Shown piece after piece: positions 1-12,703 of a stretch of 64,000 bases of DNA (its first letter is position 1; each line of letters begins with the position of its first letter). The stretch comes from Guillardia theta CCMP2712. Its lineage: Eukaryota; Protista; Cryptophyta. A program made the position numbers and the translations under genes. Location of the stretch: assembly GCF_000315625.1 (NCBI RefSeq), contig NW_005434613.1, forward strand, positions 67,029 through 131,028. Reading direction: 5' to 3'. Under the pieces are notes generated by a model. The model was given only the letters and a program-made list of their open reading frames with translations, was not told the DNA's origin and did not search any database.

Positions 1-1198
1 TTTTCATTGGTTGACTTGACCAGATCACTCTCCTGATTGTACACGGTTTCCAAGTTCTTAAGGCGGTTGTCGATCTCCTGCAGCAGGGTGAGGAAACCAT
101 TCTCGTTGGGACAACGTCACATTCTTACGTCAAGGATCTCCTGCAAGATCTTGGCGACTTCGGAGCTCTGGCTGCCCAAGTCGCTGTTGGCCAACGTCTC
201 CAATCGAGCTTTGCCGACAGTCTGCTGAGCCAGCACAGAGTTCTGCAGCCGGTTGATTTTTGCCTTGAGAAAAGCTTGCTTCCTCGACTGCAACCTTCAC
301 GCAGATGTTAAGACAGGAATCTGCACCAAGAGCTGAGAACTTACGAGCTGGAATCAAACGCCATCTGTTGACTTGGAGATGATCCCGACGAGCCAGAGGA
401 GGAGGAGGAGGAGGAGGAGGAGGAGGAGGAGGAGGAGGAAGAGGAGGAGGAAGAAGAGGCACCAAGTCCATTGGACACTACGCCAACCATCTTCATGATC
501 TCAAGGATCAATTCCTTCTCAGATTCGAGGCTGGCCTTGTCAACTGCATTGTTCTTGGTGGTCTTTTCCAAGTCTGAGGAAGCCTGCTTGTGTGCTGTTT
601 GCCACTTGTCATACTCCTGTCTCGCAAACTTGGCTCCTTCCTTGGCCTCTTTCTCCTTCTGCTCGGTCAGGCGATACTTGGACTCGGTATCCAGCCACTT
701 GGACTTGATTGCCTCATATTCCTGCTGTGTCTGGGAAATGGTCTTGTTGACTTGAGTCTCCTCAACAATGAGCTTCTTCAGGAGCTGATCAAATTTGGAG
801 ATGATAATGTCCGCCTTCTTGCACAGCTGCGAGTCCGATGCCAACTGGCTGCCCATCCAGCCCTGGTGGTTAGCGAGGGACAGCATCTGCGTCCTTGCCC
901 TGTCGCTGTCGACGTCCAAGAGAGTGTCAGGCCTGTCGTGCCAGTCGTCCAGTTTCTTCAGCATGGAGGAGACCGGCATCGATGCTCCCTTCTTGGCAAA
1001 CTCCAATGCCAGGCTGTCCAACTTGGACATAGGGGATCCTGCCAAGAGCTCCTTGCGCTGGTCTGCAGGAGCAAACAGCGCCAGAGACGCAACCATGGCA
1101 AGGAGGATGGATCCGACAACCAGCAGAGGTCGGAAGCGACCCGAGGAGGAGGAGGAGGAGGAGGCAGGAGCGACCGACTCGTACGAGGGAAGCGCCAT
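1..1198 (-). CDS. Type II membrane-anchored coiled-coil protein (3' end runs off window); paralog of 38993-40447
   Basis: N-terminal TM (LLVVGSILLAMVASLALF), ARTQML motif, long heptads. Spliced continuation reads ...AFLKAKINRLQ...EVAKILQEILD|EIDNRLKNLETVYNQ across a GT-AG intron at 78-128. Aligns to the paralog (WLDTESKYRLTEQKEKEAKEGAKFAR vs WLDGESAYRLEVEKEKEAKDGAQFAR). Confidence 0.85.
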
Positions 1199-1264
1199 GC
1201 CGCACGACGATACCCGAAATAGAGCAGGACCTCCTCGACGAGGGCGCCGGATGATCCCAGATGA

Positions 1265-1600
1265 ATGGGGGGGTTCTGATGACCCTCACGAAGTTTTCTT
1301 GAGGGTGGGGGTGACAGAAATACCCTCATTTTATCACTTATAATGAGGGGTAGTAAGGGAAATAGAAGGGGTCACCAGAAAGATGTCAACCTTACAAGGT
1401 AGGGGTAGAAATCTTGTTTCTATAACGGGGTGAAGATTTTGAGGGGGTAGGGGTACCACGGGTGCTTCCTTGACCCCTACATAGCAGAAGAAAGGCTGGG
1501 GAGTACTGTGCCGCCCGTGGGTTGGTAAGAGGGGTGGGGGGTACTGAAAGGAGGGGCTCATAGAACAGTTGAAATGCCACCGGGGTGGGGGTCCCCGACG
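1265..1600. promoter_or_regulatory. TACCCC/GGGGTA-rich intergenic block upstream of gene start
   Basis: Dense ggggta/gggtac/taccc words directly 5' of the ATG at 1198; the same composition recurs at other 5' intergenic regions. Function is inferred. Confidence 0.4.
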
Positions 1601-1850
1601 GAGAATAGAATCACACTGGCAGGCCCGGCCCCGCGGCCGCCCCGGCGGACTCTGGGCCGGGCCCGGCCGGGCGATCGGCGGATCATGCGGGATGACTCGC
1701 GGCCTGCGCAGCCACTGCTGAGCCGAGGCGGATGCGGAGAGTGGCGGGCGGAGGTCCTGCGAGCAGTACGGTGTACGGGAGGGCTTGGAAAGCTCAGGCT
1801 GGGATCACCCTGAGGCTCCGGGCCCGCTTCGACTGAGGTTCAGACTTAAG
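1600..1850. other. GC-rich CCGG/GGCC block (CpG-island-like)
   Basis: e.g. ggcccggccccgcggccgccccggcgg and gggccgggcccggccggg; similar blocks near 9.3, 22.6 and 37.4 kb. Confidence 0.55.
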
Positions 1851-1908
1851 TTTCACAAAGGCACTCTCATACACAGCAGACTTAACTACAGGCTAGAATG
1901 TGGGCTTA

Positions 1909-4890
1909 TCATGACGGTGAAGCTACCATGGGGACAGGGTTGGCGCCAACCTTGGTAAGCGCCTCCCCCGAGCGCAGCCACGGCATCGTCATCTCCTCCT
2001 CGTACTGTATGTGCCCCACCATATAGTCGTTGAGGCGTTCTAGAGCGTCGACGACCTGGCCCATCTCCTTGGTGTTGAGAACCATCTCTTCTCCTGCCCT
2101 GTTCCTCTCATGCAGCTGCTGCAACAAGCGCCCGACACGAGCATTCAGCGCCTCCACTCCCTTGTGCCTCGTTGGATCTAGTACACTGTCCACAGCCTCC
2201 GCACTCTGGGGGAAAAGCGCCTTGACGAGGGGAAACAGCATCTGGTCCTCAACCCTCTCGTGATCCTCCAGGAATTCCATGTATTGGTCAAACCTCCCTC
2301 GCAGCGTCTCCACTCCGATGCTCTCCGCCTGAGCCGCAGAGTTCGCCATCTCCAGCAACGTGTTGAGCTCCTCCCGCACCACATCATGCTGCTTGAGCCA
2401 GAACTGAATGAGCCGTTCCTGCTGCTCCTTGTGCAGCTGGATCCCTTGCTCGATCTGGTTCAGCATATCCATCACAACCTGCTTGTCTTCGCTGGTTACC
2501 AACACAGCCCTGGGAGAAGCGTCTGTGTCCTTGCTGCAGCTTCCAAGAGGCGCGGCAGGCACGTAACCGTCCGGCATGGCTGCTCGTCCTGGTGAAGGAG
2601 ACTTGCCGAGTTTCTGAGCCAGGGCTCCTTGCACTTGATCCTTGAGCCGGTCCACATGCTGCTTCGCGTTCCGAGCCTGCAGGATCTTCCCAAGCTGCTG
2701 CTGCAAGATTGCCTCCTCGCCGATGGGAGCATCCCCCACGGCCTTGACGGCATCGATGGCGTGTCCGATACATTGCTCGCACTGCATGCTGAGGGACGAC
2801 AACTGTGAGCACAGAGCATCGAGCGTGTTTGGCGTCTCCTGCTTGATCCGAATGCCCGAGAAGAGCTCTTCTGCATGGGACTGGAGGCGGAGGGTGAAGG
2901 ACTCCATCTGGCCAACAAACAGCTTGCACTGCATCAGCCGCTCAAGCGAAGCCACTTTGCGGCGAATGATCTCCTGCTGCCTCTCCAGCTCGAAGAAGAG
3001 GATGATACTGGTGGCAGTGGCCCCTTCGACGGGGGGGCGACAGCCTTGGTGGATGGTGATGGAGGCATGTCCTTCGGAACGAGCAGACATCAATGGATGG
3101 GGCTCAGACACCAGGAACGACAGCCACGGGTCGTTGCTCCTGGAGAGATGTAGCACAGACATGGCCACCCACTCCGGCATTGTCACCGGGATATGCACAA
3201 CTGGTTGCTGCCCGCTGTCAGTCGAGGTGCCATCCAGCCATTCGTGGAAGCAGATTGAGTCGATATGATCGGCAAGAACCGCCTGCAAGGTCAAGTCAGC
3301 CCCACTCTCCATGTGCTCTGCAGCGGTTGGCGGGTACCCGAACAAACGAGTCATCAGTCTTGGAGCAGAATCTTCCCCTCTGCCTGAAATAATTCTGCAG
3401 ACGAAATAAGTCAACAGAACTTTCACACGGTCGAGAGTACACCTGAAGGTGGTTCGGATAATAAAAGGAGATTTCCGTTGAATTCCCACCAATCTTATCG
3501 TAACAGCACACAACAGTCGCCGCATCATCCTGGAGATCGACAGGTAAGCTGAATATCTTGAGGGTTGCTTCATCATAGACTACCTGGTCACCACTCGAAA
3601 CATTTTTGCTCATCCATGAAACGATGAGCGACGACGTCAAACTTTCAGGGAAGACGTTCTGCAAAGCTTGCTGCCACGCGACCGAATCTCTTTCGCAACT
3701 GGCGAGCGATTGAGTCAGAGGTCTGTGAGCATCGAACACTGGAGCATACAGTTCACTTAGAGTCGCAAGCTTCAGTTTCATTGGCGAGTCGGACGCGGTT
3801 GCACCTTCATGGTTCAGTCCCACGATGATGATCCGAAGCCTTTCCGAACTTTCATCGTAAGTCTTTGCTTCTGCCCAACGACAGACTGTCAAGCGAAGCC
3901 GATTACACCAAGGAACTTGTCAACCTTTGTAGTTCAGGGTCGATGGCTCACAGCAGCCTCCTGATTCTGCAATGCTGACGCTGAAGGTGAAAGAAGACTC
4001 CGAGCCCGAGTTGCTGAGCGAGTTGCTTCTGCTCCGGACCAACTCAGGGTTCCGCTCGGAGTCCGAGACACTAAGATGGATCAGAAGAGTGAAGGCAAGT
4101 GCAAACTGTCTCACCTCTTGTCGTCCGAAAACTTGAAAGATGAGCTGGAAAGCAACCGTGATGTCAGTAACAAGAGCGTTCATTGGAACAACCGCCAACC
4201 TTGAGTTTGAAATCAATCCACTGGGTGTAGAAAGAAAGGAGCAGTTCCTCAGGAAATCGTCTGATATCACCTCGAATGAAACCTGCCGAGCAGTGAATAG
4301 AAGAACTTCATAGACATCTGTCAGCTTACGGAATCTTCTGCTAGCTCGAGCCCCTGGGTGAAAGAGACGATCGTGATGATGTCTTTCTTCAGAGACGACA
4401 TCACGTCGTCATCCACTCTGTGCGACAAGATGATTCGGATCCTCTCATGAGTTTCCGGCGTTCTCATATATTCCAGCCTGCACAGCATTTGTTTGAAATC
4501 CTGGAGACATTCCTTGGTTGGAAATGTCCCTGAATCGATTCGCCGATGAAGTAGTCGCTTGAGGTGTAGCAGTTTTGCACTCAACGACCCACGATCGCAA
4601 GAAGCAAGGTTACCCTGGAAGCCGAGCAGCATGTCTCTGCTCTTGGGAACTTTCCCTACACTTTCAGGGCGCGAGTAGAGGCCGGAGAATCTCCCTCCCA
4701 ACGTGGACCGCATGCTGGGTTGCTCGAAGTGTGGCGAATGGGCCTGTTCATGAGCGTGCAAGTTGAAGGTCAACTCGTCCAGCCTCCGACTGAGACTCGC
4801 GTTCTCCTGCTTCAGCATCGACAGCTGCATCTGACGGAACTCCTCCGTGTCCACGGCGCTCGTTGCATCTGCAGCGTCTGGGCCAGACAT
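1909..4890 (-). CDS. Large (~950 aa) coiled-coil protein with C-terminal hemerythrin-like (HHE) domain
   Basis: Four ORFs joinable by three short GT-AG introns (near 4285-4328, 3890-3925, 3445-3490). C-terminus has QHDVVRE / DHERVEDQMLFP / RHKGV / GHIQYEEEMTMP, the H..HxxxE..H..HxxxE pattern. Confidence 0.75.
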
Positions 4891-6657
4891 CCTTGCTATC
4901 CTGCGCGATAAAACATTCAGACTGAGAACCCAGAGACTACCACCCTTCTCCTCGTCCTCGTCCTCGTCCTCGTCCTCCTCAATGTGCTAGATTTTCTATC
5001 GAGATCTTTCCACTTGCTTCTATGCTACATACATTAATCTGTTCCGACCTCAAATAATGTTCGAGATCAGAAAGTGCGGTTGGCCTCTACCTCTGCTTCT
5101 TGACTCAATTCGAGGTACAGCTGCTGTCAGAACATCATCCCCAAGGACAGCGCTGCTTGATCGCTCGAAGATCAATGTCTGGAGCTTCAGCAGCAGAGCC
5201 TCTCTCATACCTTATCCAAATTCTCACCATTCTCACCCACCTCCAACACTATCAAAATTGTGATACATTCTTGAAATCTCATCAGCTTTGGTCCGACACA
5301 TCATTAAAATAAGCCCGCTGATACAATACGTATCCATTCTTAATCATTATTGGTCAACGTTTCCCGCCGTGCCTGCTCCTGCCCCTGCCCCTGCCTCCCT
5401 GTTTGTTTTTTGCCATTTGCCGCCTTCTCTTCCGTCCATGTGTCCAACTGATCCTTCCTCCTGCCTAGAACATCCTCCTCTGATTTTTTCTCTGTGCCCT
5501 ATTGCTGCTGCTGCTGCTCCCGCTCCCGCTTCTCCTCCTCCTCCTCCTCTGCCCTCGCAGTTCCCTCCTTGCGTGCCATTAGAACACTCCTACTGCAGCG
5601 TTACTTCCTCGCGGCGGGGGTCCTGCAATCCCTGATGATTGGACCAACTGAACTAGACCCCAAACTTTACACCTAGAGAACCTACTAAAAACTATCACTT
5701 TATATTTTTTTATATCAAAATTTAGTTTATATCTCTACTGCCTTGGTGATTGGGGACCCAGACACGAAATTAAGCTGGAGTGTGCATAGCCCCCCTATCA
5801 AGGTTGTATGGCATATAGGGCTTCATAGGACTCAAGCTATAGTAAACTTGGTACATCATAGTGGACCTGCTAGAGACCTTCTATGTCTACCCGTCCTAGA
5901 AAATAAGGTGTATCGCCTAGCAAGAAGATATGACCAAAGGACATAGGAATTTCATAGGGGATACGAAACAATGTCCTATCACAGCTCGCACCCAATAGCC
6001 CTCATCCCCCTTGTTCCCAAGGGCGAAAGATGAAAGAATAATATGGAGGAGGAGGAGGAGGAGGAGGAGGAGGAGGAGGTGAGGTAGGAGGAGGGAGCCG
6101 ACGAGCGTAAGAAGTAGCAAGGAGAGGGTTGAGATCCAGAATCGGGACGAGATGGGACAAAATTGAGACGATGAGGCGCAGGATCTTGGAACAGGATGTA
6201 AGCAACGAGGAATGGAAGATGGAGGAAGGAGGAGGCAGATGATTTCGGTTGGAGAGAATGGGAGAGCTGAATGTAGATAAGTGCGTGAGGAGAATCGGGA
6301 TGTTGAATGCTGCGACCGAGGGTGAACACTTGATACATAGTAGAAGAAGGTGAGAGGGCAGGAGCGGTACGATGAAAGAGAGGATCATATGCAAGGAGTT
6401 CCAAGAAAGGAGCTGAGGACGGAGGAGAGCACAGAGATAGACATGGAGGAGGCAGCATCCCTTTGATCGAAGGCAGGATAGAAGACATAGAGGGTCGACG
6501 AGACAACAGTGAGTGTGCCAGCCGCGGAAAGATTTTGCAATGTAGCGGCGATATAGTGGGAGAACTAGGACATCTATGATGAGTGTTGGTGAATTTTATA
6601 TCATTTACCTTCTCTTCGTTCTTTCTCTTTGTCTTCAAGGTTTCTCGGGCGCATTAG

Positions 6658-8658
6658 ATGAAATCTTGGTTGATACTTGCCAGTGCGCTGGTGTGTTGTT
6701 CGGATGTAAGGTATGCTGGGGCGCGCTATGCTCTGTCTTCCTCCTCACCCTCCGGCACAGAGGTTTTGTTGTGAATCCTAGCCGCTTTCCTTCCATCAAC
6801 TCCAGGTTGCACTTCGAGATCAATCCACCCCTTCGATCTCGCGTCACCTTGCCCCAGGACCCGGCTGTGCCCGGAGCATTGTGCGAGCGGGGTGAAACTG
6901 TACAAGATGAGGTGATGTGATGAGAAGCCCGGAGCTCTTGTTGGGTTGATGGCATGCACAGGCATCATACGAGGAAGAACACTCGACCGATCGTCGCTCA
7001 GACGTCCAAGGGAGACATGCAGAACGAGCTTACAGTCGCTGAGATGTAGCCCATGATACCTCTATCCGTCTCCTGCTGACTTCGCCTCCCGCAGCCAAGA
7101 GAAGCTCGTCACCTTCTCCAAGATACGTCAGACGCTCATGGCCTTTGTGGCGGCAACAGGAGCGGGAATCCTTGCTTTCGGGATTGAGCAGGTGGTGACG
7201 CGGAGGAAGGAGAGGGAAGTGACGATTACTGCAGGGTGGGACTTACCTGATCCTGGAGACATTGAAGCGATCGTTGGGGATAGGTGTGCCGTCTCGCCCT
7301 CAACTGCTCGCGACTGACTTCTTCCCGCAGCGACCTTCGTCGATCTTATCGACTTCCTGGTGAGGACAAGGACAGGACTGTGTCGCCACCTTTGACTTGC
7401 AGCAGACGAAATGGGCGGCAGCGTCCAACTTTACTGGAGTCCTGGTGACAGCGGTGGCAGCCACGGTCTTGCAGGTCGCCGTTGACGCTAAGGTGTGAAG
7501 TCAGTGACTTGTCCAGTAGATCTTGCCGATCTTCAACGGCATCCTGCTATCCATGGGAATCGGTAAACTACCACCCCCTAGCCCTCTCTTGTCTCAGCCT
7601 GCCTCCAGGTTGCATGTGGGGAGCAGTCAAAGGTGTGGCGATCGCTTCCTTCGCCGCAACAACCTCAGCTGTCATCTGGTGCTCCCTCCCAGCTTGTTCC
7701 TTGCTCCACTGAGCCCGCCTCCAGCCTGCTGATCTCAAGATACGGTCTGCGCGAGATGATCGCCGGGAAGGAGCCTGCCCTGCTGGTACGTGCCAGCTCC
7801 TCCTCTGCAGCCGCCTGCCAGTCTCACGCGACTTTCAGACTGCTGTCGGAGAGAGCATCGGGGCATCTAACCAGAAGTCCCTGCTCGTCGTGTCCCTCTT
7901 CCGCCTGAGGTCAGCCTGTCGTTCCCAGCTTCTGCCCTACTCAGACGCCTGCTGCCCTTCAGCCCTGTCATCCCATACTGCTGGTCAAACTACCTCCTCG
8001 GCCTCACCAAGGTCAGCACAATCCTGCAGCTGTTTCTCAGCAGGAGATGCTGAAGTGAGGCAGGTGAGGCTCATCCCCTACATCCTCGGTACGATGCTCG
8101 GGACTCTGCCCGCGCTGTCTGTGTTTGTAAGTCCGCTGCCGACCCTCTCCTCCTCCCTCACCATCCCCTCAAGGTTTCGGCCGGCATGGTTGGCAAGAAG
8201 ATGTCAGAGGGTACCGCGTCTGCTCCGCCAGGTCTGTTGATGTTGATGTTGATGTTGATGCCGGTGCCAGTGGTCAAGACCATGGGGGATGGAGATGATG
8301 AAGATGAAGATGGATATGACAAAGATGATGATAACGCAATCTTTATGAGACGAGATTATGATGATTGAGATGTTGATGATGATGTTGGAGGAGGACGTGA
8401 TGATGTTGGAGACGATGCGGATGCTAGTGTTGTTGATGAGGTGGAAGTGATGGAGACGGAGATGATGATGCTGGTGTTGTTGTTGATGTTTCATCTAGAG
8501 CTTGTCCTTCTCGGCATCTTGGCTACCGTCGGAGTTCTTTCAATCATCGGCAAGATCTCCCAACAGGTCCCTTGCCTCCCTCCTTGCTCACTTGCTGACC
8601 ATCGTTGCAGGAACTAGCAAAGATTGCTTCCAAGGAGAAGGGCGACATGGACATGTAA
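6658..8658 (+). CDS. DedA/VTT (SNARE-associated Golgi, TVP38/TMEM64-like) membrane protein, probably plastid-targeted
   Basis: Spliced exons read MKSWLILASALVCCSDVRG-FVVNPS (signal peptide then Phe), ...LLVVSLFRL|SPVIPYCWSNYLLGLTK|VRLIPYILGTMLGTLPALSVF..., ending ELAKIASKEKGDMDM*; RLSPxIP is a family motif. Confidence 0.8.
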
Positions 8659-9024
8659 CATGTAACAACGATCTGAGGTTAGAGACGCTTCTTACAATAA
8701 AGACTGGTGCGAGTGGGGGAAGGCAAAGCTTCAAGACTCTTGACAACAATTCAAGTTCATTATCATAGTTGACACCGGCATTCTTCCAGATATGCCGCAA
8801 GTTTGACATGCCTGTAATGGTCAAGCATGTGTTAAAGAAGGGAGGAAACAGCCTTCCTGCCTGCTCTATCCCTCAAGCTCGCATGCCTCAGGCCTATCGA
8901 TCGAACGCTCATCGTGCGTTGCACATAGCGGAATTAAAAGCATGAAGGGTGTCGTCACTGGCATTTTGAGCTCTACAAGAGACAAGAGATCGAAGGAAAC
9001 GCATCTCCTCGTCCTACAACTACT

Positions 9025-9165
9025 TTGCCTCCCTCCCTCTCTCCCTCCCTCTCTCCCTCCCCCTCTCCCTCCCCCTCCCCCTCTCCCTCTCCCTCCCCCT
9101 CTCCCTCTCCCTCTCCCTCTCCCTCTCCCTCTCCCTCTCCCTCTCCCTCTCCCTCTCCCTCTCCA
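9025..9165. repeat. (CCCTCT)n microsatellite
   Basis: Direct hexamer tandem run. Confidence 0.9.
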
Positions 9166-9289
9166 CTCACCGACATTGCCGGATTCGCACGTGAGCTACA
9201 AGCGACACTGGCTCAATTTTTACTCAAAGTTAAGTTATATTGTAACGAGGGACATTTGGCCCGAGAGGACCCAAACTTAACTGAAATCT

Positions 9290-9700
9290 TCACTTAACTG
9301 CAGGCCCAGTACGAGGATCGGACCAGCCTCAGTCACGGTCCGAGACGGTGAGCCCGGCGGCCCGCCGGGTGGCACTCAGTTCAGCGAGCTCATGATGATG
9401 ATCCGCAAGCTACCAGAGACTCTTGAACCGCGGCGTCCCGGCGTCACCGTCACGTGAAGAGCAAACCGGCGAGCCTCGGAGGCCGGCGGCCCGAGTCGGA
9501 GCCCGGGAAGCCGGAGGCTAGTAGTCGGAGTGGGCCGTGAGGATTTCAAGTTCAATTCATTCAATTGAATAATAAGTTAGAGTTACTAAGTAAAGGCCGC
9601 GATCGCCGGTAGCACCGGGCCCGCCCCCCTCCGCTCGGTCGCCGGCGGGCCGGGCCGGGTTAAGGAGGCGCGTTGCGGCACTCACATGATCGAGCCCGAA
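9290..9700. other. GC-rich CCGG/GGCC block between convergent genes
   Basis: cccggcggcccgccggg, gccggcggcccg, gggccgggccggg, with interspersed aagtt/aactt words; abuts the stop codon at 9703. Confidence 0.55.
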
Positions 9701-9702
9701 GT

Positions 9703-11898
9703 TCACTGATGGTAGTAAAATCCCGGCGGCGACCCATTGGCTTCGCTCATGATGACAAGTGGGCTGATCTGTCCAGAGCTCAAGTCCGAAAGGCCCCGAG
9801 CTTGTAGCAGGGCCGGCGCCCTCTGAGTCAAGTCGCTGATCCTGCTCTCTACGACCTGCAGCTTTCTGTTCATGGCGGTGATGAGCTTCGAGTTCTCGAT
9901 CTTGATGAACTCGCCCACAGCCTTGATGAGCTTGTTGGCATCCTGCTGAGAGGAGGAGGAGGTGGCCGTGGAGGGCGGCCTCTCCTCAACCTTGGAGGCA
10001 CCTGAGAGTCGCGGGGCTACCCCAGAGCTGGACAGGCTCTGCATGAGCAGGGAGTTCCTGGCGGAGCGGAGCAACTGAGAGACGTTCATGTTGGCTCGTC
10101 GTCGGCTCATCAACCTCTTGGCCATGTAGAACCATCGGACCGTGGACGTGCTCAAGTCCGCCTGCTCCTTCTCTACGAAGGCCTTGCAGGAGCGCGAGAG
10201 GTCTGAGAACTCCTCGAAGAGATCGCTGGGAAACTCGCTGAGCACATCGAAGAAAGTGTCTGCGAAGATGACGATGCAGACGACGGAGCTGGTGGAGACG
10301 TACTCACACTCCATGCCATGCTCTCCTCTCCATCGAGGGTCTCCGACCAGGCAAGACTCTCCGAAGCAGTCCGTCTCGTTGAGCACGGCGACGGTGCTGC
10401 CATTCTGAAGAAGAACTCGGACGCAGCCCTTGCGGATGATGTAGACGCGGTCACAGACTTGATCCATGGTGGCGATGGGAACGTTCGCGTCGAAGGTTTC
10501 AACCAGAGACTCCTCGAACATCCGGACCAGCAGCCGGTCCTTCAGGGGATGAACTACCGCCTTGAAGAGAGCGATCGAGCCAAGGTAGTCCTTGAACATG
10601 TTGAGGTAGATCGGCGATCTCAGCTGGCGGGGAATGTGGCTGATCATGCCGAGCTGCCTGTTCCGCTCCTGCTGGACTGCGTAGTCCAAGTCCAGCCAGC
10701 TGATGATCTTCGTCCTCATGGAGTGTGGGACGTGTGCCCCCCTCAGGAAGTCCCTGACCTCTCGCCGCGCGTCCTCGCACTCGCGCTTGAGCTGCGAGGC
10801 CTTCAGGTGCATCGTCTGCACCTCCGACAACATCGTGCCGAACACCATGACGCCAACAAACATGCTGCCGATGGTGTACAGGCGCTCGTAGGTGTTCTGC
10901 GGCGTGATCTCCCCGAAGCCAACAGTAGCAAAGATGGTGTTGGTGAAGTATATCATCACGACGTAGCTTCCGAAGGGGCTGCCATCGCAGGGCAGCGATC
11001 GGCTTGTCAAGAACTCGCACACTTGCTCTTCAGTCGACGACAGTTGCTTGACTAGCCAGAAGAGACACGACGTCGTATGGACCACCAGGAAAACGTAGAC
11101 AATCATCTGCAGCGTCCGCAAGACGTATCCTGGCAACCTGATCTTCTCTTCAGCCCACTCCATGAAGGTCCTGGCTGCGCCGATCTTGAGTAGCCTTGAA
11201 AGTCGGAGGAGTCGGAAGGGCTTCACGAGCCTGAGCAATTGAAGATTCCCAAGGTGCTGATTGCTATTCGCTGTTTCTTCCGTGCATCCCGCGACGACGA
11301 TGTACTCCATGAGCGAGGTCGGGATGGACGTTACCGCATCAAAGAGGAAGGAACCCTTGAGGTAGTTCCACCAGCTCGACCGCAAGGACTCCTCATACAC
11401 GCCGTCGACCATCGTTCCCGAGCAGAAGGAGATCAGCAGCTGGAAGACGAAGAAAATGTCGACGAACACGTCGAACTTGATGGTGGGTAGAGAGGAACAA
11501 GGCGGAGTGTTCCAGTAAAAGCAAACTTCGAACTGTATCACGATGGCGGTGTACAGGAGCAGCAAGGCGCCTATCAAGGCTACTATCTTGGCAAAGGCAG
11601 ATTCAGGGTGAACCAGCCAGGCCTGCGTGGCTTTCGGGCCGCCGAAGAATCTCGCGAAGAACGTCTTGTTCTTTCCTGCGTTGTCGTACAAGCTCTGGAA
11701 GTGAAGGTGCCCGCCCGAGCGTCTCGCTACCTGCAGCGACGGGTCTGGAAAGTTGGGTCGGAATCCTGAGATGTCGAAGGGGGAGCGAGCGGCTGAGTTC
11801 GTCCTCCCTAGGGGAGAAGCTACCTCCCCTTCCTCGGGAACTCCGATCACCAGCTCTCCCACCAAGTTGAAATCCTTCCAAGACGTACTCTTCTGCAT
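9703..11898 (-). CDS. Voltage-gated K+ channel with cyclic-nucleotide-binding domain (KCNH/EAG/HCN-like), intronless
   Basis: 731 aa ORF; six TM segments; S4 LRLVKPFRLLRLSRLLK; pore TVGFGEITP; C-linker; CNBD with FGE. Confidence 0.92.
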   Translation of the reverse strand: MQKSTSWKDFNLVGELVIGVPEEGEVASPLGRTNSAARSPFDISGFRPNFPDPSLQVARRSGGHLHFQSLYDNAGKNKTFFARFFGGPKATQAWLVHPESAFAKIVALIGALLLLYTAIVIQFEVCFYWNTPPCSSLPTIKFDVFVDIFFVFQLLISFCSGTMVDGVYEESLRSSWWNYLKGSFLFDAVTSIPTSLMEYIVVAGCTEETANSNQHLGNLQLLRLVKPFRLLRLSRLLKIGAARTFMEWAEEKIRLPGYVLRTLQMIVYVFLVVHTTSCLFWLVKQLSSTEEQVCEFLTSRSLPCDGSPFGSYVVMIYFTNTIFATVGFGEITPQNTYERLYTIGSMFVGVMVFGTMLSEVQTMHLKASQLKRECEDARREVRDFLRGAHVPHSMRTKIISWLDLDYAVQQERNRQLGMISHIPRQLRSPIYLNMFKDYLGSIALFKAVVHPLKDRLLVRMFEESLVETFDANVPIATMDQVCDRVYIIRKGCVRVLLQNGSTVAVLNETDCFGESCLVGDPRWRGEHGMECEYVSTSSVVCIVIFADTFFDVLSEFPSDLFEEFSDLSRSCKAFVEKEQADLSTSTVRWFYMAKRLMSRRRANMNVSQLLRSARNSLLMQSLSSSGVAPRLSGASKVEERPPSTATSSSSQQDANKLIKAVGEFIKIENSKLITAMNRKLQVVESRISDLTQRAPALLQARGLSDLSSGQISPLVIMSEANGSPPGFYYHQ

Positions 11899-12229
11899 TC
11901 TCAGTCGCGGAGATGGCGGTTGTCCGGAGTTGTGCGCACGAGAGCCCTTCGGTCGTAGAAGGGGAAGAGGTGAAAAGAGAGGAGGTGGTAAGGGGAGGAG
12001 GAGTGAAAGGCAGGAAAAGGTAAGCGGAGGAGGACGTAGGCAAGGGCAGAAGAAAGGGAGGAGGATGAAAGAGAGGAGGAGGTAAGAGAGGAGGAGGTAA
12101 GAGAGGAGGAGGTAAGAGAGGAGGAGCCAAGGGAGAGGAGGCGGGAGGGGGGGAGGAGACGGAGAGCGGAGACCAAGGCCGAACTGAAAGCGAGGTTTGA
12201 AAGCGCGAATTTCAACTGTTGAGACATCA

Positions 12230-12480
12230 ATATTTGAAGTTGGTGTACCCTTCCAGAAAATCTACAAAGATATCTTTATTTCTGTAATCAGATGAGTACC
12301 CCTGAAAAATCCTGCCTGCTCCTCGTATGTTACCGGTACAGATTACTTCTGCTTTTGAACACCCTATTTTCAACTGAAAATTGTAGGTAGGGTAGTCGGA
12401 ACTTCATTTTGTCGTCGGGGGTATTTCGATTCAAATAATTTCCCGATTGTATGGCCCCGCTTGCACATTCTGTACTTGAA
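12230..12480. promoter_or_regulatory. TACCC-rich block between divergent genes
   Basis: gtaccc, gtacccctg, ggtagggtag, ggggta between the starts at 11898(-) and 12704(+). Confidence 0.35.
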
Positions 12481-12703
12481 ATCCCGAGGCGGACCGGGCC
12501 TCCTCACTTGAGTGAAATAGAAACAAAAACGTCATTCTTGAGGGAACGGGCAGCGGGGAATGCGAGGAAGGGAAAGAGGAGGAGGAGGAGGAGGAGGAGG
12601 AGGAGGCGGGGGGGGGGGGGGGAGGAGCTGATAGTAGGATATCGTATGGATCCAGCTGAGCTGAGCTGAGCTGAGGAAACTGAAAAAACAGCCCACCTTC
12701 AGC

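Noticed and set aside
5979-6955. Degenerate LINE/retroelement fragment on the minus strand
   Set aside because: No RT or endonuclease motifs; 6658-6955 is explained by the first exons of the plus-strand DedA/VTT gene
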